From Flaccisagitta enflata (taxonomy: Eukaryota), in NCBI GenBank assembly GCA_965153355.1, contig OZ231126.1, positions 25,296,001-25,360,000 of the forward strand: a DNA stretch of 64,000 bases. Direction: 5' to 3'. The position numbers were made by a program, and so were the translations under genes. Under the pieces are notes generated by a model that was given only the letters and a program-made list of their open reading frames with translations, was not told the DNA's origin and searched no databases. This document shows, one piece after another, positions 55,862 to 64,000 of this stretch; the stretch's first letter is position 1; every line of letters begins with the position of its first letter.

Positions 55862-56429
55862 TACATCATTCTAATTTAAAACTTTCCTCCGACTTTGCGT
55901 AAATTGATGTTAGGCTTAGCAGGAGTCAATGTGAGACAGTCATAGTCTCAAAGATGGTAATTTTGTCATACTCATGAAGGTGAATTGAGTTTCTAGATTG
56001 TAAAGACAAAATGGCCACTTTTGAATGTAAGTTGACAACTACGTAGACAAACAAATAGGCAAAATAGGATATTCGCATCTTTTGAGTTACAGACCGGTGG
56101 AATCGCTAAGCAACTTCTACATCAGACAGAATTGCACAAGGAAAAAAAGTCAGCAAGGCAATTTTTTTGTGCGGAGAGAAAAGGGAGAACGCATGCTCAT
56201 ATCCTAATCAAGTCACGAGGGCAAAGTCAGAAAAAGAAGCTTTGGACTGTGATTGGCCATTAGTCGCCGCATGACGTAACTCGATCGGTGATTGGTGGAA
56301 ATGGTGGTCGGCGGCAGAGAGCGGCAGCTGAAGGCGGTTCGCTCCCTTGAACCTTGGGCCTCAATCATTTATTTCTTCTTCGTTGACGCGACGCTGAGGG
56401 CAAAAGAAGGCCAGAGACTGGAGAGAAGA

Positions 56430-56607
<178 letters not shown>

Positions 56608-56753
56608 CTGTATACTTACAGCAGACAGACAGACATTCAGATAGAGAAACGAACTTAGAGAACGCAGAGAATAGGAAAAAAAGCCAAGAATAGAAAATGA
56701 CTTCCCCCAGGGAGAACATGGAGAAAAGAAAGGACGTTGGAAATGAAGGGACG

Positions 56754-56866
<113 letters not shown>

Positions 56867-57209
56867 AAAAGAGAGAGAGTGTCTGTCAGGGAGAAAGACA
56901 TGCAGCAAGGCCGGATACACGGGAACCCAAGTCGCGTGCAGGAGGGAAGAAGCAGTGATGTTGTAGGCTAACTAATTATTTGGGCAAAGGAAGTGTTGAA
57001 AAAACTGCCTGACGAACAAAACATACCGGACTGGGTCATGAGAGAAGAATAGCTAACAGATTTTCAAATGAATCTTAAAGAAAGAGTGGAGCTTACAGTC
57101 TGACAGATTTGTTAGACCCCTAAAGAATGCAAACAGACAAACAGTTGATCATGAATGAAGGATCACAGACAGTCGGACAGACCGAGCGGTGATATCGGGC
57201 ATACTCTTA

Positions 57210-57809
57210 CTACCTAGAACATAAGTCTTCGTTCACCTATAAACATCAATAACTACAATTTGGTTAAAGATGAATAAGAAAAATTGGTGAGATTCAAAAA
57301 CAGCTTCAAAGAATCTTTCAGTTGAGTCCAATCCCATCCTGGTAGCTCAAAGCGTTTAGAAATGAGAGCAGTTTGAAGATTGCTTGTCACTTTTGAAAAT
57401 TGAGAAATGAATTGAGCAGTTTTTTTGTACCATCTATCACACCATACACTTGCTTGTCTAGAGACAAAGTATTTGACTGAACGAATGCCAGAGGCTGAAA
57501 AAAGTTAAAGGCTACTAACTTGATTCCCCAACACTGATTACCCCAAAGAATTTCTGGATCATGAATACATGAAGGACAATATACGACTCTGTAAGGACTG
57601 ACATGAATTTGCACCAAATGTTAGGTGACAAGGTCTGGCAGAAGATCCCTTAGAAGCTTTTCAAATGATTACAGTGGTTCATAGAAGCAGGCGTTTCCAC
57701 TGCAGGAAGTTAGATGAAGTATTTAAACCATAATATGAATTGATTTATCATTAGTTTATGATTGGATGAGTTTTTTGTCCAGGTGAACGAAGACTTATGT
57801 TCTAGGTAG
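57210..57809. mobile_element. Tc1/mariner-type MITE
   Basis: Perfect 29-bp TIR CTACCTAGAACATAAGTCTTCGTTCACCT, TA on both sides. Confidence 0.9.
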
Positions 57810-57967
57810 TAGAAATGTCAGGTTCAGAAAAAAAGGATCTTGACAAGGAGAGTGAAGGCATGAAAAGTGGAATTGGTATGAGGGCAATTGACTGGAAATT
57901 AATTTTAAATTTTAAGAAAAAAAATGTCCCCAGGGCACAGAGAAACTTCGAGCTCGAAGTGAAAATT

Positions 57968-58204
<237 letters not shown>

Positions 58205-58711
58205 AGAGACCACCTACGCGGACTAAATTTGTTGGTTCAATTCCCAATTGAAAGTAAGCCAAACACTCAATTATGCAAAAAGACGGGAACAGAAAAAAAT
58301 TTGGTTGGATAAAAGTCATGAGAAAGTAATTGGGAGCGAAATGGTTGATATGATGTTTGGCTGGACAACCTTTATGTTGAACAAAGTTGAACAGACAACT
58401 AGGGGTGTATATAGTTGCACGCCCTTTGATTTCTCCCCCCCCCCCCCCACGCTCACCATATGACGTATTAGAAGGAATCTTAGTCGGTCCACGTTGTTTT
58501 AACTGAAGTCTGTGAATGTCGCATACCGCAGATATTGAATAGAAGATTTTTTTCTTTCTCTTTTTTGTGTTTTCCGTTCAAACTGACAGAATCTAATACA
58601 CTTTGACACTGGCGCAATTAAAATAGAGATCAGGTTACAGCCAATATGCGCGCCTCGTTGAATAACAACAAGTGAATGAATGAATGAATGAATGAATGAA
58701 TGAATGAATGA

Positions 58712-59329
58712 CACTACCCTCTCACAGCAAGATCCGGAGAAAAGTAACATTACTGTAGGTTTTTTCATTGTTTTGTATAGAATCTGAGCTCTATTTACTG
58801 GAACAAATAAAGATAAAATCTTGTCAAGAGCGCTTTTTGAGATTTTCATAAAAAATGATGATTTGTACCCTTTTTTTCAATGTAGATTCTACTGGGTATT
58901 TTGAAAATCTTTTTTGATAGCATATTTGAATTCCTGGTGAAATTTCCATTCATTTGATAGGTCGCACTATGTAATTTTATCCAAAAATGCAATTTCCCAT
59001 TTTTAAGCCACCGTTACAATTTTGCAACGGTGGCTTAAAAACTGAAAATCTTATTTCTATGTAAAAGTATATGTTGCGACCTATCAAATGAATGGAAATT
59101 TCACCAGGAATACGAATTTGCTGACAAAAAGTATTTCTGAAATACCCAGTTGAATCTACAGGAAAAAAAAGGCTTAAAACCACCAATTTTTATGAAAATC
59201 TCCAAAAGCGCTCTTGACGAGATTTTATCTTCATTGGTTCCAGTAAATAAAGCTAAGATTCTATACAAAACAATGAAAAAACCTACAGTAATGTTACTTT
59301 TCACCTGATCTTGCTGTGAGAGGGCAGTG
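58712..59329. mobile_element. Nearly fully palindromic MITE inserted in a (GAAT)n tract
   Basis: CACT.CCCTCTCACAGCAAGATC ends, arms of about 300 bp, centre TTTTAAGCCACCGTT..AACGGTGGCTTAAAA. Confidence 0.9.
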
Positions 59330-59882
59330 TATGAATGCATGAATGAATGAATGAATGAATGAATGAACGACAGAGTGAAAGTGAATGAAGGGAGGCAAGA
59401 GAGGTGACAGAATGAAAGAAGCCGTAATCGGCATGCGTGATTTTAACAAATGCGATAGACCAACAAACTGATAGACCAACCAAACAATGGACCAATGGAC
59501 AGACATGAACTCTTATAGATGTGGGAAGATGCACATGAAAAGAATTTTGTACTTTTTTACCTTCTCACCACAGTCTTGCCTCATTCTCATTCATGCTCAA
59601 ATGCACATCGACTCAATATGACTCATAAGCACTATCAGTCCACACTCAACTATTACTATTAGGGTTTTATCCTTAGAAGAATGCCCTTACTACAAATTGA
59701 GCAAACAATCACCAACTAAATTGACTTCAGTCCAAAAACCATGGATTCGATTCCAGTACACAAATACATATAAATGTGGTGAGCGTGCCCCGTCCTCTGA
59801 TTTTCTTCCCCGCGGGGACGAACGACATTTGATTTTCTTCCCCATATACCCCCTATATAGTAATATCTTGGTTTGAACAGTA

Positions 59883-60091
59883 AACAAGGCAGGATACACG
59901 GCTACCCTAGTCGCGTGCGGGTGGGCAGGAGCAGTGCTGGAGAAGGTCACTAGGGCATCTGGGCAGGAGCCGTATGCTAAAAAAGCTCAAAAACGCCGAA
60001 AAAGTAATAAGGGGGTCGACCGACCGACCGACCAACCGACCGACCGACGAACCGACATAGCAGGGTGTAGAGTCGCGTAGCACGCGACTAG
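59883..60091 (-). mobile_element. HINE family A (partial copies also at about 10660-10706, 20600-20680, 40132-40160, 41229-41312, 56906-56990)
   Basis: Same termini and core. Confidence 0.85.
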
Positions 60092-60556
60092 AAATAGTGT
60101 TGTGGTGACTAAATATTACTTCTTAGTGCTGCCAAGAGTGTGATATCTTCTATGCCTTTCCTCTTTTGGTTTTTCTACTCTTTGATATCCTTCCCCATTT
60201 CCACATCCTTTGATTTTATTCCCCCCCCCCCCGCTGCCAAGGGGGGGGGAATATGCAACTATACATAGGCCTGCAGACAACGCAGAAAGATGACGAGTGT
60301 TTCATCCGCCTTAAGTATATTTCAGTCTGGAAAAGATTGTCTATTGGTCTTTGGGTTTCTCAGTCTTTACAAGTGATGTTCAAAATATATCTGTCCCAAA
60401 AGATGCGTCGTTTCGTAATGGAATAGTGCCCCGATTATCAAATGGCAAGAGGTAATGTAATCTTTGTTTACTTGAAATGCGGTTCTCAACATCAAAATAA
60501 CGCAAATGAAAACGAAATCAACGCAAAAAAAAAAAAAGAAACAATAACATTCGCAA

Positions 60557-60685
<129 letters not shown>

Positions 60686-60705
60686 CGACAACGAAAACGA
60701 CAACG

Positions 60706-60799
<94 letters not shown>

Positions 60800-61386
60800 C
60801 CACCACCAACCAACCAACCCCTACTGAGCACCTATACGACGAAATAAGAATCAATCAGCATCTCTCCCATGACTATGGTGACTGTTATCAAATTTTACCC
60901 ATGACTCCTTTTGAGTCACGTAATTTGGACCATTCATCATCCTTGATCAGTGGACGTTTGGGTGATGGTGGTGATGAGGAGGAGCAGGAGAAGGAGTTGG
61001 AGGAAGAGGAGGAGGAGTGTTACGAGGGTTTTAAATGGTTGCCCCTCGCAATTGACAGCACGTCAACCCTAAAATTACTATCATGCTTCATTGCAATCTT
61101 ATTCCATCATTTCAACTTTCGAGTCAAAACTGGCTTGCATTCAAATTTAGCCATTTCACAATCTCCATAAGGAGGTTCTGGGTAACTCAGGTACAATATC
61201 ATTGCCCATGATTGATGATGTGATTTTGAGAAATGACAAAAAGAAATCTACATTCGCGGGATTTATGCAAATTTTGTTAATTGTTTTTATACAGACCCTA
61301 GGACTTACTAGTAACTAAAAGGCATAATTAACTATTTAGCATTTTTATTCAAAGACAACTCATTCTTATGTTGGGTAGGGTAAACC

Positions 61387-62365
61387 CAGGGTGTTTCACC
61401 CGTTTTGACCGATTAAGAATCGATATAACTTTTCTTCTAGAAAAGCTAATAAAGTTCTGATAAAAAGTCTGAATAGATCTTGAAGTGCAGTTTCTTTATG
61501 TCACCAATTTTTTGTATCCACTTTTTTAAATATGCCCGCTATGTAAGTTTGAAGGAAACAACTATATCCAGCCTGAATCTTTAATCAGGATAACTATGGC
61601 AAAAAAAAAAAAAAGCGAAGAAATTGTTTATTAGTGTTTCACATCCAAGCAATGAGAAAAACGTAGCAATATCCATGACTATTTTGAAGCTCTGCAAAAG
61701 ATCTTTCTAATGAGACCTTGCTCGTCGTCCTATCTCTATCCGCTTAGAAATGGCATCAGAATGAAGACCGGTGGTCAAAAACTTGGAAATTCAGTATTAC
61801 CTGATTTTCATGGGTTATCTCTGTTGTAACATAGAAATTAAACGAATTGAGTTATAAATTTGTTCTTGGTGCCACAATAAAGAAAATTCAAAGCTCTTTA
61901 ATTTTCTCATAGATATCGAGTAGCAAAGACAATCTTAAGTTGCGTAAGTGACCAAAATAGAAAGAGTAAAATTTCTCATTGAAAAAAGATTGAAATGAGC
62001 ATTTTCTTTGTAAGGGATTGTTTTCTTTAATCCTATGCCATTTCTAAATGAATGAAGCTACAACGACCAACAACGTTGCAGAGCTTTCAATCGGTTATAT
62101 ATTTTGAGTAGTCCAGACCCATAGTTAAACAGAAACTAGTAGAAGAAGTTGTCCATTTTTTTTCTACCAAGATAAGTTGACTTGATAAGGGTGTTTTCTT
62201 TAAACTCCCGTAGCTCCCAAACCAAAAAACGCAAATACAAAAAATTGGTGACATAAAAAAACTGCACTTCAAGATCTATTCAGACCTTTTTTCAGAATTG
62301 AAGTAGCTTTTCTTGGAGAAAAGTTATGTCGATTCTTAATCGGTCGATACGCGCGAAACACCCTG
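61387..62365. mobile_element. MITE with ~130-bp TIRs (CAGGGTGTTTC...)
   Basis: GACCGATTAAGAATCGA.ATAACTTTTC..TCTGAATAGATCTTGAAGTGCAGTTT mirrored at both ends; TA on the right only. Confidence 0.8.
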
Positions 62366-62499
62366 TATTTGCGGAGATTCATGGGCATGTTTGAATATCA
62401 ATCGGGATGACTTTGACAGGAAAAGACCTCTCATTAGGGGTTCTTTATGTTGGTGACGCTGGGGTGTCCTGCTGATGAGGGGCTCATCAGTTCCTGTAG

Positions 62500-62561
<62 letters not shown>

Positions 62562-63801
62562 CAGACAGAGACAGAGAGACAGAAACAGAGACAGAGACAG
62601 ACAGACAGAGGCAGAGGCAAGACATAGACAGAATCTGCATCATTGAGGCCAGTAATTGGGTGTCATAGGCCAGTATTTGGGTCTCAGAGGCCAGTATCTG
62701 GGTCTCAAAGGCTTGAATCTGGGTCTTACAGGCAAGAATCTGATTTAAACGAGACAAGGATCTCAGACCATGATTCAGGTTTTTTGACTAAGATTTGGGC
62801 CCCTCTGAAAGAATATCAAATGGTACATTTCTCATAACTCTGCTGTCGATCGTACGATCGTATTCAACCTCTGTCTGAACCAAACCCCTTGTCCCGCTCT
62901 CTCGATTACTTACTTGCTCCTCCATGAAATGTTTCATTCACTTACAGATTTAAATTTTTGAATACAGGTTTGTTTTCGTTGTCTTTTTGTGTGGTGTTTA
63001 GGAATGTAAATTGATCGAAACAATTTCCATTGCCAAAGGTCCCTTGAACAGTCACATACCGCGTCATGTTTTCTCCTTTTATTGGGTGGGGGGGGGGGAA
63101 CCGCCATCGAATTGATTCAGCCATGTAATCGATCCGACTCCCTTCATAGATTCACGCTGAACCCATGAATTGTAGCACAATGTAAACTATTTTCCCAACA
63201 TTTGATACACAGATATCCCCTACTCCCAGAATCCCTGCTTTGGTATTTGCAGAAAGACAAAACATTTGTAACAGCTCCCAACCCCCAGTAGTCTCAATAA
63301 CCATCCTTAACTCATCCGCGAGCCGTTGACATCCCCACCACCCCCTCATTCAATTATCCACTGCATGTTTCTCAATTGCCTCCCTAACCATCTCATACCC
63401 CCCCCCCCCCTTCCCTTCCCGCCCCATCCGAAGTATCGCAAATCCCTCGGCAATCTCTTCGACCGTCACGTATCCTACTCTTTACTCGGTCAGCGAATAG
63501 TAAAGTTCATCTGTCACTCTCACTCCTGAGACCGATACGTCAATGACCGTCACTGAATTCCTTTCTTAGCCCAACTGTCCGGTTTTTTGTTACTGTTTTT
63601 TCTGTTGAAAATATGTGTTCAGTGGCTATTCCTTTTTCCAACTCAGTAGTAAGAAGTATAGAGGGGAATTACTGACATTCTTATTTGCATCTGAATACTT
63701 GTCTTCCTGTGTGTTGCTTCTGAAAGCTTGTCTTCTTAGGTATAAGTCCGGTGTGTATCGCTTCCCGTGACGATTTATCAATTAGTCAATTTGTCTGTCT
63801 G

Positions 63802-63851
<50 letters not shown>

Positions 63852-64000
63852 CTTTTTCTCATTCTCAATTTCAGGCAAAGTTCATCCCCAATCACTTGAA
63901 AATCGACCAGACGCGATTGTTCTCTCTTTCTCTCTCTCTCTCTCGTAATCAGTCGGTCAGACGATTCGTCCGTCAGACATCCAGGTATTCAGACTTCTTT

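Overview
AT-rich, repeat-saturated eukaryotic (probably invertebrate animal) genomic DNA with two small assembly gaps. Most ORFs in the supplied track are microsatellite artefacts. Coding signal I can support: (1) two spliced minus-strand exons (2947-2649, 2070-1861) that join into a complete F5/8-type C / CBM32-like carbohydrate-binding domain, only partly visible in the ORF track; (2) a single-ORF C2H2 zinc-finger gene (51652-53607) with 20 fingers and a 21st cut by a stop codon; (3) a decayed, 5'-truncated RLE-type (R4/Dong-like) non-LTR retrotransposon (about 28240-30234) split by a hAT-type MITE with an 8-bp TSD. The rest is a layered mobilome: about 17 Helentron-associated (HINE/DINE-1-like) elements, a second foldback-like family that nests in them, about 11 TIR MITEs (most TA-flanked, Tc1/mariner/pogo-type), a HINE-borne 11-bp satellite, a 22-bp tandem array of GTCACGTGAC E-boxes and many microsatellites. 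All calls are by eye; no searches were run.
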